From NCBI RefSeq assembly GCF_006345805.1, contig NC_043005.1:86490001-86554000 (forward strand): a DNA stretch of 64,000 nt, read 5' to 3'. The notes below the pieces were generated by a model, which did not search any database, was not told the DNA's origin, and saw nothing but the letters and a program-made list of their open reading frames with translations. Of this stretch, positions 50,239 to 62,790 are shown one piece after another (within the stretch, counting starts at the first letter, position 1; the number at the start of each line of letters is the position of its first letter). Source of the stretch: Octopus sinensis. Taxonomy: Eukaryota. Made by a program: the position numbers and the translations under genes.

Positions 50239-50477
50239 TTAACTCCATCAGAGTTACTTCTGTCTCTCTAATAACTCCCAGTGCCATCATCCTCATTGTC
50301 ATCTTTATCATCTTCTTTAATATCATCATTTTCATACTCATCCTTCTAACCACCATCATCATCATCGTCTATGTCCTCCTCCTCATTCTCATTCTCACCA
50401 TCATGATCACTATCACCTTCCCCGTCGTCATCAGAGTTATTATCGTCAACACCACCACCACCATAACCATCACCACC

Positions 50478-50509
<32 letters not shown>

Positions 50510-51235
50510 AAAAATAGCAATAAAATAAAGTTTTCATTGTCTTCGTCATTAGCTACTCCCACCTTTTTCGAAATCAAAATTGCAGTCATCACTTCCATAG
50601 TTAACAGCATCGCTTGTATTATTCAAACCACTCCAACAAAAGCCTTTATTGATATCATCATCTTCAGCACCATTATCAACACCACCACCACCACCATCAT
50701 CATCATCGTCACCGACACCACCACCTCCATCATATATCCGCAATAAGCCAGGACTTTTATTTTTTTTTTGTTTTTTGTCTCTGCGTTTGTTGCAATCATT
50801 TTTAAAAGAAGTCTTCATTAAAAGATATAATTAGGTGAGTGTTTTTAGCTTCTTTTCTTGTTTTTTTTTTGTTAAAGTTTGGCGTTAGTTTAAGGACCTA
50901 TTTTTTCATAACCACTCACACACGTATTACACACACGTTAATACGTATGCGTGTATTATAACATACATATATGTGCGTGTTTGTGTGCATATGTGTGCGC
51001 GTGTACATACACACATACCTATATACGCTTCCAAACATGCCGCATATATACTCAAACACATACATACACGTATGTCCTACGCAATCATTTCTTTTAAATA
51101 AACTTTTAATTCCTTGTTAATATTTTATTTTTTCTTTGTTGGAAACAAGGTTTTTTTTATATATTTCTTCCAAACTGGAGATACGCATTGATTGGTTACA
51201 AGGATGACACTGCGAATATGAAAATATCATTGTTA

Positions 51236-51309
<74 letters not shown>

Positions 51310-52005
51310 GCACAGCTTCTAATGCTGGAGATGTACTACAGTGTCAGCTGTTCAATACCAGTAGACTAAAGTATTATTTTTCGAGGATTCCTGTGTATTC
51401 GAACTGTTCCAAGCAGTGTTGTTTTCTGCAAGTGCTCCACCCTTATTGCAGCCCCTATATGTTCCATGTACTTATTAAGATTTTTACTCTCTATTCCCAG
51501 TGCTCTGACAATTATTGGTACTACTACCGCCTGTTTCAACGACCACAACTGCTGAACCTCCCGAGCTAACCTGTCATATCTCACGACTTTTCTTTCTTCC
51601 TTATCGCATACCTTGTTGTCAGCTGGGTTTGTTGTATCTATGATCCAGTATAGTTTGTTTTCTTTCTCAATTAAGACTATATCTGGCTTCCTATTCTCTG
51701 TCTCATGGTCGCACTGAATCATAAAATCCCATAGGATCTTTGCATTTTTATTTTTGACAATGTCTTCAGGTTTGTGTACGTACTAATTTTTAGCTCTGTT
51801 AAATCCATACTTGTTGCAAAGTGTTCAATGGACAAACCTGGCTATGTTGTCGTGGCGTCTCTTATATTCCTTCTGGGCTAGTGGCGTACATTGGCTGGTA
51901 ATATGCCATACGGCTTCACCGTTTTGTCCACAGATTCTGTATTTATCACTTTCTGCTGTGTTGTCTATTCTGTATTTTATGTAGTATGTTCAGGGAAATT
52001 GCTCT
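51310..52005 (-). mobile_element. 5'-truncated R4/Dong-like LINE (zinc knuckle, RLE, 3' UTR) flanked by (TAA)n on both sides
   Basis: ICGQNGEAVWHITSQCTPLAQKEYKRRHDNIARFVH..ILWDFMIQCDHETENRKPDIVLIEKENK..LGTVRI; (ATT)n at 51232-51309 and 52006-52098. Confidence 0.9.
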
Positions 52006-52054
52006 ATTATTAATATTATTAATATTATTATTATTAATATTATTATTATTATTA

Positions 52055-52099
<45 letters not shown>

Positions 52100-52114
52100 C
52101 ATCATCATCGTCAT

Positions 52115-52510
52115 AGGCGCAGGAGTGGCTGTGTGGTAAGTAGCTTGCTAACCAATCACATGGTTCCAGGTTCAGTCCCACTGCGTGGCATCTTGGGCAA
52201 GTGTCTTCTGCTATAGCCCCGGGCCGACCAATGCCTTGTGAGTGGATCTGGTAGACGGAAACTGAAAGAAGCCTGTCGTATATATGTATATATATATATG
52301 TGTGTGTCTGTGTTTGTCCCCCTAGCATTGCTTGACAACCGATGCTGGTGTGTTTACATCCCTGTTACTTAGCGGTTCGGCAAAAGAGACCGATAAAATA
52401 AGTACTGGGCTTACAAAAAATAAGTCTCGGGGTCGATTTGCTCGACTAAAAGGCGGTGCTCCAGCATGGCCGCAGTCAAATGACTGAAACAAGTAAAAGA
52501 GTAAAAGAGT
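52115..52510 (+). mobile_element. SINE family C, intact reference copy
   Basis: Head GGCGCAGGAGTGGCTGTGTGGTAAG, GGTTCAGTCCC box, central TA/TG tract, tail GAAACAAGTAAAAGAGTAAAAGA. Confidence 0.92.
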
Positions 52511-52519
52511 AAGAGTAAA

Positions 52520-53430
52520 GAGTATCATCATCACCATCATCATCACCATCACTACCACCACCACCACAACCACCACTACCACCACCACCACCACCACCGT
52601 CATCCTCCACCCCTCCCCTCCCCCTCCTCCTCCCCCTCCCCCTCCTCCTCCTCCTCCTCAGCATCATTATTATTATTGTTGTTATTGATAATTTCGTTGT
52701 GTCGATAACAATATTGATGATGACTATTACGATCGCCACCAACGTCATGTGGGGTAAGAAACTGCCTTCTGGACCATGTGGTCTTTAGTTCAGCCCCTCT
52801 GTGCGATATTTTGGTGAAATGTAATATCTTGAAGTCCCAGGCCGACCGAATCTTCGTAATGAGTGGATTTTTGCTTCACAGAAACTGAAAGAAGTCCATC
52901 GTATATGCGTGTGTGTGTGTGTGTTTGTATGAGTGTTCGTCACACTATAGCCCTTGACAACCTGTGTTGGTTTGTTTACGTCCTTCGACAGTTAAAAGTA
53001 ACCAACAGAATAAGTATCAGAGTTAAAAATTAAGTACAGGAGGCGTTTTGTTTACGTAAACCATTGTGAAAGGTGGTACAGCATGTCCGCATTCTAAAGA
53101 CTAAAACACATATCATGATCATGATCATCATCATCATCATCGTCATCATCATCATCATCATCACCATCAACATCTTCATCATTATCTTCATCATCACCAT
53201 CATCATTATCAACATCACCACCATCATCATCACTACCAGCACCACCATCATCATCATCACCACCACTGCCATCACCATCATCTTCATCATCATCATCACC
53301 AGCATCACAATTATCATCATCATCATCATCACCTCCACCACCACCAACACCACCACCACCACCACCACAACCACCACCACCACCACCATCACCACCATCA
53401 TCATCATCATCGACGGCACCATCACTCACA
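52520..53430. repeat. Cryptic (CAT/CAC)n triplet repeats around a degenerate SINE C (52750-53040)
   Basis: Direct reading. Confidence 0.85.
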
Positions 53431-54444
53431 ATCTTGTCAGGAAGTGTTATTCCGCATTGGATGGACAAACTATTCGTTCACATCCTTCGCCTTACACCGA
53501 AGGCGTTTTCTTCTGTATTACCCATACTTGCAATCAATGGTGAACGATGGAGAACCGCGAATATATCGCTGTCTAGAAACTCTGAGGTCCGAATGTAAAC
53601 GTCCCATACTGGGGCCATTTAGCAAACACACACCTCTGTTTCCAACGACATAGAGGTCTACATCCTTTGTTGTTCCATGCTGATATGTCGTCTTTTATGC
53701 TCCCTTGGTGTACCACTACTAAGTTTCTAAAGGCACACCAAGTTTTTTTGAAAAGCAGTTGTATTACGGTAGCATAGGCTTAGTTGTACTTCTCATACTG
53801 ACTTACTTAAAAGCACTATAGATGTGTGTGCGCGCGTGCGTGTGTGTTATATATGAGTGTGTGTAAAATAGGCACATTTGAATGCAAAATTCTACATGCA
53901 GGACAACGCTGAGCAATAACATAATTCCAAATCTAATCAATAAAATGTCTTAGTTAGTTCCGTGAGAACTAACATGCACCGTAATTGACATTCCACGACG
54001 CTCTACTAACAGCAGACAAATGAAACTAAGCAAAGATTATAAAAAGGAAAAGATGAACCGGAACGCTCAACAGTTCGCTGAAGTCTAAGTAAGCCGAAAT
54101 TTTCAAGTTACTGTTTACTCAACTCTTGTTGAAGAATGAATTCGTACTTAACAAAACGTATTGGGTACATAGAAACATATATCAATATATATATGTGTGT
54201 GTGTGTGTGAGTGTGTGTGACAGTTTGTTTGTGTGTGTGTATATACTCTTACAAAATACCGTGTATACAATATGGTGCAGTGTACAAATGACGCAGAGTG
54301 AAAATTGCACCAAAATATGGTCGCCAAAAATATTCTTGTAATCTCTGTCTCTCTGTTTCACCCTCTCTCAATGTCTTTCTTTTAAACTCTACCTCTTTCG
54401 CTCTCTTTCTCTCGCTATAGTTTTTTTGTGAATTCCCCATATGG

Positions 54445-54481
<37 letters not shown>

Positions 54482-54762
54482 CTATTGAAAAGGTTGCAAG
54501 ACGCAACGAAAAGTTTAGAAAACTAAAATAGTAACAAGTGGGAATTTTACTGGTAAGTGTGTTACATAATAAGGTACAAAAAGAAAATGACTCTCCCTAG
54601 ACATAACAGTATATATAAACCATGCGCACCAAAAAATATATATATAAAGTAACAAAGTGAGGAAATGAGAGGGTATGTTAAGCATCCAATTCACTGGTAC
54701 ATCAGTTGGATACCGTATAAATATTGGTATAATGCAATTATAAAGATATAATAAATATAGGG

Positions 54763-55091
54763 ATATTCTATTGACAATCCAATAATTTATTTATATTACA
54801 ATATTACATTGAATACGATGAATATATTATATAACATAACAAAATATTATATTATGGAAATAATATTAAAAACCATAAACGGTCGACAAATTGTTTCGAC
54901 TTTATATATATTTTTAATGGGACTGTGATTACGCGTATCAGAAAATAAAAATATAAGACGAAAGGAGTTTTGGCATTCTATGGTTTTCAGTTATTTAGGT
55001 TATATAATATTATGTTAAGTTATATATCATATTCACCGCACTTAATGTAATATTGTAATATAAATAAATTATTGGATTGTCAAAAGAATAT
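54763..55091. repeat. Inverted repeat, about 115-bp arms (54763-54877 and 54979-55091)
   Basis: GACAATCCAATAATTTATTTATATTACAATATTACATT is perfectly mirrored; remainder of arms moderately diverged. Confidence 0.8.
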
Positions 55092-55167
55092 ATCGATATT
55101 TAATTTTTCTTTATATATATATATTGTCACACATTCTTTTCTTCTCCCCTTGTTTTATTCTGTGTTC

Positions 55168-55203
55168 CTTTCTGTAGAAGAGCGTAGGCTCGAAACATAA
55201 AGA
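55168..55203 (+). ncRNA. Hammerhead-like motif with A6U core
   Basis: CTTT-CTGTAGA-A-GAGC gtag GCTC-GAAAC-ATA-AAG; same family as 56081-56114 and 59422-59457. Confidence 0.45.
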
Positions 55204-55295
55204 ACTTTTTTCAATTCCTGAGCGTTATACTAATACAACTGTTTGTTTTTGTACACCACCAGTCTTCGTCTTTTGATTTTTTCGTGAACTCTCCC

Positions 55296-55352
<57 letters not shown>

Positions 55353-55360
<8 letters not shown>

Positions 55361-55437
55361 ATAAATATTAGGGAATGAATCCAAATTTACAGGGAAAAAA
55401 TCAGATTTAGGATTAATCCAATTTTATAGTAAAATAT
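55353..55437 (-). mobile_element. PLE terminal motif, copy of 1507-1590
   Basis: Reverse complement differs from 1507-1590 at only about 3 positions. Confidence 0.75.
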
Positions 55438-56080
55438 ATATATATATATAAATGTATATGTGTGTGTGTGTATGTATGTATATAAACGCGTTTAAAGAAC
55501 GCGTTTATCATTGCAAACATTGGCAAAAAACATACGTTTAGTTCGTATACGTAATTTCTACAAGCCTATAAAATTAGACCTTAAACTGTCTTCTTACATT
55601 TCACTTCCAGTAAATATATCTATTTCCACGTCTTTCACCTTTATTCCTATTCACCTATCGCACTATATTTTTCCACTTTTAATTTACTGTTAATATCGTT
55701 CCTCGTCCTTCCCTTTCTATAAATTCCCTTTCATGTCAAATCGATTAACGTTTTTTTTAAATAACGTACCCGCAGTCTCTTCATCATATATGCAGTAATC
55801 ACATTCCATTAAAATCTCTTATTGTTGCGTTTTGCTTCTCTTCTTTTCCCCTGATGAAAAGATTGCAATGTTTTGCAACTTTTTATTTCTTCTGTAATAA
55901 TACTAATGTTTTCATCGAAACATATGTCGGAAGTATAAAGATTTGAATAACACTTGCGTTTAACTCCATATATATATATATATACATAACATTGAAATTT
56001 ACAGAAAAGCAAAAGTCTAAGGCAGGTGTATAACCAAGAAGCAGGTATATTAGTCTGACGTTCGGGAAGGTAAGAAAGTG

Positions 56081-56114
56081 TTTTACGTTTCAAACATATG
56101 ATGTTCAACAAAAA
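56081..56114 (-). ncRNA. Degenerate hammerhead-like motif (A6U family)
   Basis: TTT-TTGTTGA-A-..-GAAAC-GTA-AAA; stem II decayed. Confidence 0.3.
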
Positions 56115-56819
56115 AGAACACAGTGTAATAAACGGAGGGAATAAAAAACTTATGGATTTAGCAATCACTCTTATATTTTTTATATACTATATATTATTTA
56201 TTACTTATTATTTAATTGAACGCTACCCATACATTTCCAAGAAAGTTTATCTTCACCTTTTTTATACGACTCACTCCTCTATACTGTTTTCTTCCTCCAT
56301 CCTTTTCTAATTCCCTATTTCTCCCCTACCCCCTTCACAGCTTTCTATCTGTCTCTCTCTCTCTCCAACTTTCTCTTTCTCTCTCTCGTTGCCCACACAT
56401 GACCATCGTCCATCTTTCATTTCTTCACGTGACCAACTTTCTTTTCCTGCACGGACATTTAAAAGAACGACGTGTTCTCTCGCTTCTATATTTTCTTTTT
56501 AAAAAAATGTTTCTCCTAGCGTTCAAAATTTTCCCCTCGTTCAGGTCTAACGACGCTTCATGTATGTTTTCGTAAGGTTTCCTTGTATGTCTCCACTGAC
56601 ATTTTTTTTATTTCCATCTTTGATCCTCCATAAATCCTAAATTTTATTTTAGAATTTATGGGAGCAACTCATAATGTCATTTAATGCTCAAAGCGAGGAG
56701 TAGGTAGACAGCGGATAATTGCTTACATATTTCACTCATTTTTCCTCGCTTGTTTACGCATTTCATGTTATTTGCATCGTTGGTGTCATCCTGTACCCAT
56801 ATATTTATGTATATGGGTG

Positions 56820-57145
56820 GGAGAAAGGAAAAGGGAGAGATATGAAGAGGAAGAATGAGAGGGAGAAAGAAAGAGGAAGAGGGACAGAGAGAAAGAGGGC
56901 GAGGGAGGGAGAGAGAGGTGGGAAATAGGAGAGAGAGTTGGGAAATGGGAGAGAGAGTGGGAGAGAAAGAAAGGAAGAAGGAGAGAGAGGGAGAGAGGGA
57001 GGAAGTGGGAGAGAAAGGGAGAGATGGAGAGAGGAAGAGGGAGAGAGGAAGAGGGAGAGAGGAAGAGGGAGAGAGAAAGAGGGGTTGCGAGACGAAGAGG
57101 GAGAGAGAGAGGAAAAGGGAGAGAGAAAGGAAGAGGGAGAGAGAT
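56820..57145. repeat. GA-rich low-complexity repeat
   Basis: Direct reading. Confidence 0.9.
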
Positions 57146-57559
57146 GCACAAGCAGTCTGTTGGTACAGATTTTGAGCTGAGAAAACCAGAGCAACATCAA
57201 AGTGTATGCTTTGATTAAAGACAATGATCCTCGCTCACTGGGAGGGTAAATGTTGACTGCCTCGACCCTGGTGCTCAACTGGTACTCATTTTATCGAACC
57301 CTAAACGATGAAAGGCTGAATTTGAACTAAACATGACAAAACGGACGAAATGCCAGTAAGCATTTTGCGTAGCGTGTTAACAATTCTGCCCGTTCGCTGC
57401 CATACTAAATGAATTATATTATGATCACCAACCAATGAGACTTGCAACTTACTGTTTTATGCTATTAATTATCACGATAAATCTCTTGAATTTCACTCTA
57501 ACATCTTTAAAATTTCGTTTTTTCTATTTGTTTTTTAAGACACAGAGACACAGAGGCAC

Positions 57560-57850
57560 AGCCACATAGACATCTAAACACACGTGCGTACACAATGATA
57601 CACAATCTCGCAGAGCTTTTAAACAAAAACCTTACCTGTGAATGTGGTTTTGCGGCACGGAGCAAAGCAGGCCTTGCCGTCCACTCCAGAAAACATGTAG
57701 TAAATGATCCACAAACACTCAAACTAACTGAGTCCTCAACTTGTTCTATTTGCGAAAAGATATGCATGGCACCAGCAGACTTGTCCTATTTCGAAAATGG
57801 TTTGTAAAGCATCGGCAGACTTCAAGAAACACGTTCATGTCCAGAGAACA
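57560..57850 (+). mobile_element. Probable RTE-clade LINE C-terminal zinc-finger remnant
   Basis: CECGFAARSKAGLAVHSRKH..CSICEKIC resembles the CxxCxxxxxSxxGLxxH motif at RTE ORF ends. Confidence 0.5.
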
Positions 57851-58088
57851 AAATTAACACTTTATTTTACTGAACCCTCATTTATTGTTCACGGCGAGAA
57901 AATCTATCATATATATGTATCTACACGATGAGCTTCCATACAATTTCCATCTACCAAATTTAATAAACAATCGGTCGTTTCGAGACTACAATAATTCCAC
58001 GCCATGTCGCGGTTCACATATCGCGGTTTATTATTCAAGCTTACGTCGATTCGTCTGTGGTGTTGTTTTGCATTTATCATAAAATAAA

Positions 58089-58393
58089 TTACGGAGATAT
58101 ACTTGCATAGCAAGTGAGCTGCTCTGATATCATGTGGTAGAGTGAAAACAATTGCTGCGTGGAAGGTGTTTATAAGCCATTTAAAACACACAATGAAGTT
58201 AGATTCACTTCAACCTTTAAATTTAATTTGCCAAAATATTTTCGTCGCTTTAAGACCTCAACCTGTTTACTGACAAAATAACGTACGGCATCTAAAAGCG
58301 ACGAAAATATTTTGGCAAATTAAATTTAAATGTTGAAGTGAATCTAACGGATTTTGCGTTTTAAATGACTTATAAAAACCTTCCACGCTGCAA
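58089..58393. mobile_element. Long-TIR palindromic MITE
   Basis: TTGC.GCGTGGAAGG..AGATTCACTTCAAC.TTTAAATTTAATTTGCCAAAATATTTTCGTCGCTT is mirrored around a about 45-bp centre; half copy at 14880. Confidence 0.8.
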
Positions 58394-59139
58394 ATAAAAT
58401 AAATATATACTGATTTTAAAAAAATTATTTTTATAATGTAGAGAACATTACTGCCTCTACTTCGCGAATGTTCACCTGTCGCGGTGGGTTTTGGAAGGCA
58501 ACATCCGAGATAGTTGAGGGATCACCATATATTATAAAGTGCCTATCAGGGGATTTGAACATGAAACCCCTTGGTTGAAAAGAAAACTTCTCAACGAGAC
58601 CACCAAGACGGCGGCTATGAAGAAAGTAGCATTGAATAACAAACAGTCAATAAATGAAACCGTCACAGATTAATTTTGGAAATGCTTCATGAGTCGCCTC
58701 AATCTCGTATTTCTATGGCACGGCATGTCATCTTTATATTACTTCCTTCAGTCGTGTATAATTTTCAGCAAAAAATGTTGAACATACATATCGGTGCACA
58801 TGGACGGATGCATGATTTGTACATAAGACTAAACAGATAGGTCAAACACAAATGCACAGCCACATGCACCAAAATAAACACTTGCAAAAGACATGTCTGT
58901 ATACATACGTGTATATATTTAGAGAGAGTGAGACAAAAGGAAAGAATAGAGTGGTGCGCGAACGAGTGTGGTATGTGTGTGTGCGTGTAGTGTGTATTTT
59001 GTGGGGGGAACGTGGATACACGTATATTTGCTTCTTGGCAACTGCACACATGTGTACGTATGATTGTATGTAACTGGATTTTATAGGTTTATATGTACGT
59101 ACGTATGTATTTATGAATGTATGTATGTAAGTGTGTATG

Positions 59140-59180
59140 TATATATATATACATATATATATATACATACAGATATATAT

Positions 59181-59212
<32 letters not shown>

Positions 59213-59247
59213 GATAGATAGATAGATAGATATATAGATAGATAGAT

Positions 59248-59291
<44 letters not shown>

Positions 59292-59300
59292 TACATATAC
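59140..59300. repeat. (TA)n/(GATA)n microsatellite
   Basis: Direct reading. Confidence 0.95.
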
Positions 59301-59421
59301 ATACAGAGACACACATATATAGTTGAAATATATAGAAAAACAAAAGACGAAGAGAGGTGTATGAACAAGCAAGTGTATTAGTTTGACGCTCTGCAAAAAA
59401 AAAAAAGAAAAAAGAAAATGT

Positions 59422-59457
59422 CTTTTATGTTTCGAGCCTACGCTCTTCAACAGAAAG
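59422..59457 (-). ncRNA. Hammerhead-like motif with A6U core
   Basis: CTTT-CTGTTGA-A-GAGC gtag GCTC-GAAAC-ATA-AAAG. Confidence 0.5.
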
Positions 59458-59965
59458 GAATATGAGAAAATAAACACAGAAAGAGTGAAAAAAAGTTATA
59501 GATTTCGGCGGTCCAGCATGGCGAATGATTGGAAAAAAGAGATGTTGCATGAAAGGGAGATAATAAGGTGATAGTCATCCCAACAAGAGAAGGTGCATGT
59601 GAGTATATGTCCATGTGAGAATGGTGTGTGTGTGTGTGTGTGTGTGTGAATAGAGTCGAGTGACTCTAGGTGGGCGAATGTGTGCGTGTGTAATGTGTGT
59701 GTGTGTCTGTGTTTGTTGTTTGTAGTAATTGACTATTGCTGTATCCCGTGGTGTGTGCACATGTGGGTGTGTGTCTGTGACCAAGCGGTGTGCGTGGGTA
59801 TGGTGTACATAAGGGGGCGAAATTTACCCTTATCTATGTACGTTGCATGTGTTAATACATGTAGTGTGTGAATATAAACATATATATATAATATATATAT
59901 AATATATATATATGTTTATATTCATATATATATATTCATATATATATATATATATTCATATATAT

Positions 59966-59997
<32 letters not shown>

Positions 59998-60496
59998 GCC
60001 TGCGTTCAAGTATTATGTGCGCTTGTGTTAGTGAGGAAGTGTACATGATAGTGTTTGGTGTGTGTACTGACTTAAAGTGTGTGTGGCTGCTCATATAGTG
60101 GAATATGTGGTGATGCTATTGAAGCTTGAGTATGGGTGTGTGGATAATGGTGTGTGGTGTGGGTGGTGGGAAGTGGTCATTGCTAGTGTGTGTGGAGTGA
60201 TGTGGGGTGGGTATCAAATGAAGAGAGGAGGTGAGACTGGTGTCAGATGAAGAGAGGAGGTGCGTTGAGGTCATGTGGGGCAAAGAAACGAAGAGAGAAG
60301 ATTAATTTCTGTTATATTATTCTATTATTTTACATGTTGCATTCAATTTACTGCCGCCATGCTGGAGCAACGTCTTAATTTTGCGAATAAAGGGTTCAAC
60401 GTTGGTTCTATGTCAGCATGTGTATATAAGAAATTTTGCGGAATAAGATAAAAAAAACCAAGGCTGTGTAGATACTAGAGCATTTATAGATAAAAT

Positions 60497-60547
60497 GTCT
60501 TACAGCTGTTTCTAGGATATTTTGTTAAATATTCCTTCATCGGAGAC
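60497..60547 (-). ncRNA. Type I hammerhead-like motif with U4C core
   Basis: GTCT-CCGATGA-A-GGAATATTT aac AAAATATCC-TA-GAAAC-AGCT-GTA-AGAC; palindromic ACAGCTGT stem III. Confidence 0.5.
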
Positions 60548-60859
60548 GGTGTGAGAAGATGGTTAAGTCATAGTTCGTTTAGATGTGATACAAAATAGAC
60601 ATGTTTCTATAAATTTGCTACCCAAATGTTGATATATAGTATTTAGAATAAACATACAGCGATGAATTCTATACCAATAACAAAATATATTATTTTCCTG
60701 CATACTTTCAATCGGGAGTTTAAACGTTCATATTGTCCTGCTTTTTGCGAGGAATGCATTTATGACTTTGGAGTGGTATGGTGGTTGAAGCAATGTTATG
60801 TTCATCGTAGGTTTTTTTTTTTGTAAAATTTTCGGTAATATTAATATATTTTACTGTCT

Positions 60860-61310
60860 TAGGACGGCGAGCGAGCAGAATCGTAAGTACGCCGGTTAAA
60901 CTGCATAGCGTCATTTCGTTCGACTTTACGTTCAGAACTGAAATTCCACCGAGGTCGACTTTGCCTTTCGAGATCGATAAAATAATTACCTACTAAGCAT
61001 TGGGTTCCATGTAATCGACTTACCCATTTACCCAAAATTACAGACGTTGTGCCAAATATGAAACCTATATCTTTTACTGCGTTTTACAATCGGTAATAGA
61101 TTGAAAATGCGGCGAGCTGGCAGCGTCGTTAGTAGATCGGATAAATTGCTTTGTAGCGTTTGTTTCCTATCCTTTTAATCGTGCCATTAAGTCTCATGAA
61201 TGGCAGCTTTGTATTTCCTCCTTTCGTACTCGATAAAAATAAGGTACTGGAGTCAATGTATTCGACTTTTACTCTCCTCTCAAATGTGTAGGCCTTGAAG
61301 CTGCAACAGA
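60860..61310 (+). mobile_element. Two degenerate SINE A/B-type copies
   Basis: GGCGGCGAGC heads near 60865 and 61109; GAGGTCGACTTTGCCTTT and CGATAAAAATAAGGTAC remnants. Confidence 0.6.
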
Positions 61311-61653
61311 CCAGCATACCTTTCAGAGTGGATGTTATATCCCCAATATGTATGCTAATGAAATCTAGTAACCGCGGTAATGGGACATCGAACAATGATA
61401 ACGTTTTTAAAAGAGATTGGTGAAATTAGAATTTGCTTCATGACTTTTCATTTAACTTTATAATAAATTTGCTTTAGCGGAGGGGAGAGTTATGTTATAA
61501 TATTTCTTTTTTCTCTGGTCGATTTTACAAGTGAACTGTTTGACTCTGGTCGTGTCTATTTGTCCTTTAAATCTTGTAGTTCCCAAAACGCAAGTTATAA
61601 AAATGAATTGCAGAGCGATCACTTGCATCGAAACTACAATGTTTTTTCCGTAG

Positions 61654-61698
61654 ATCAGCTGATGATAACAACTGCAATAAAAAAAAAATAACCATTTG
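61654..61698 (+). other. Candidate 45-nt microexon (phase 2-2)
   Basis: Acceptor GTTTTTTCCGTAG, donor TTG/GTAAGT, one open frame xSADDNNCNKKKITI; no homology recognised. Confidence 0.2.
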
Positions 61699-62447
61699 GT
61701 AAGTGTATCGAAGAGTAATATTATATTTTTACGCTGTGTTAGCAAACGCATCAATGAATATATTCATATTCACAGTTCTGATATATTGATATATAAAAAC
61801 GACGAATGCGTAATATCAGGGAAGAGTATTTGCTGCCTATAAATTTTAACAACTCATTTCAACTCTTCATCCGTCCTCTGTTGAATATCAACGAAGCCAG
61901 AGGACATGAAAATCCTTACTACAATATGAAAAAGCCAAGCCTATGAAAATTTTTGAATATATCAACAATTACACACACACATACCTGCAGAAAAATGTAT
62001 TTTCACTATACTCAGGAAATATATATTTGAATTATTAATATAACACTCCATTTTCTCAGTTGATATTAAATGTCATTTTTTTTACTACAAATATAAGCGA
62101 TTCGATAAATATTGTAAAGGAATTTTTATATATTTTCAGTTTTCCGAACCAGCTTTGCAGCTCCGTAGATAATATGTCAACCAGAAAACCTTAAAATTAT
62201 ATTCCCCATTGAAGAAAATATCACTTCTTTTAATTTTAATGTTTCAGTGGTGTTAGAAACATGAACATATCTCAGAGATAATAGATGAAAACTATTAAAC
62301 AATATATATTTTCAAATGTAGGATAGTCTTAAACCTATTATCAAATTCATTGAGAAAGCTCTGTAAAAGTATCACATGTAAGTACACATATATATGCATA
62401 TACGTATATATGTATATATATACATATATATAATGCATAAATACATG

Positions 62448-62691
62448 CGTCCTTTTAAAGCCTAACCAGGCTCATGGGCCCTGTTTCCCAGTTTCTATGG
62501 CGAATGTGTTCCCCAGCTGGACGGGACGCCAGTCCATCGCAGCGTCACTCATTTTTGCCAGCTGAGTGGACTGGAGCAACGTGAAATGAAGTGTTTTGCT
62601 CAAGAACACAACTCGTCGCCCAGTCCAGAAATTGAAACCACAATCTTACAATCATAATGCTGACGTCCTAACCACTAAGCCACGCGCCTCC
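62448..62691 (-). mobile_element. CORE-like tRNA-derived SINE
   Basis: Reverse complement GGAGGCGCGTGGCTTAGTGGTTAGG..TTCTTGAGCAAAACACTTCATTTCACGTTGCTCCAGTCCACTCAGCTG. Confidence 0.85.
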
Positions 62692-62706
62692 ACTTTATAT
62701 ATATAT

Positions 62707-62790
<84 letters not shown>
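62707..62790. repeat. (GATA)n microsatellite
   Basis: Direct reading. Confidence 0.97.

Noticed and set aside
53444-53653. 69-aa ORF in GC-richer unique sequence
   Set aside because: No recognisable motif in any frame and no clear splice signals
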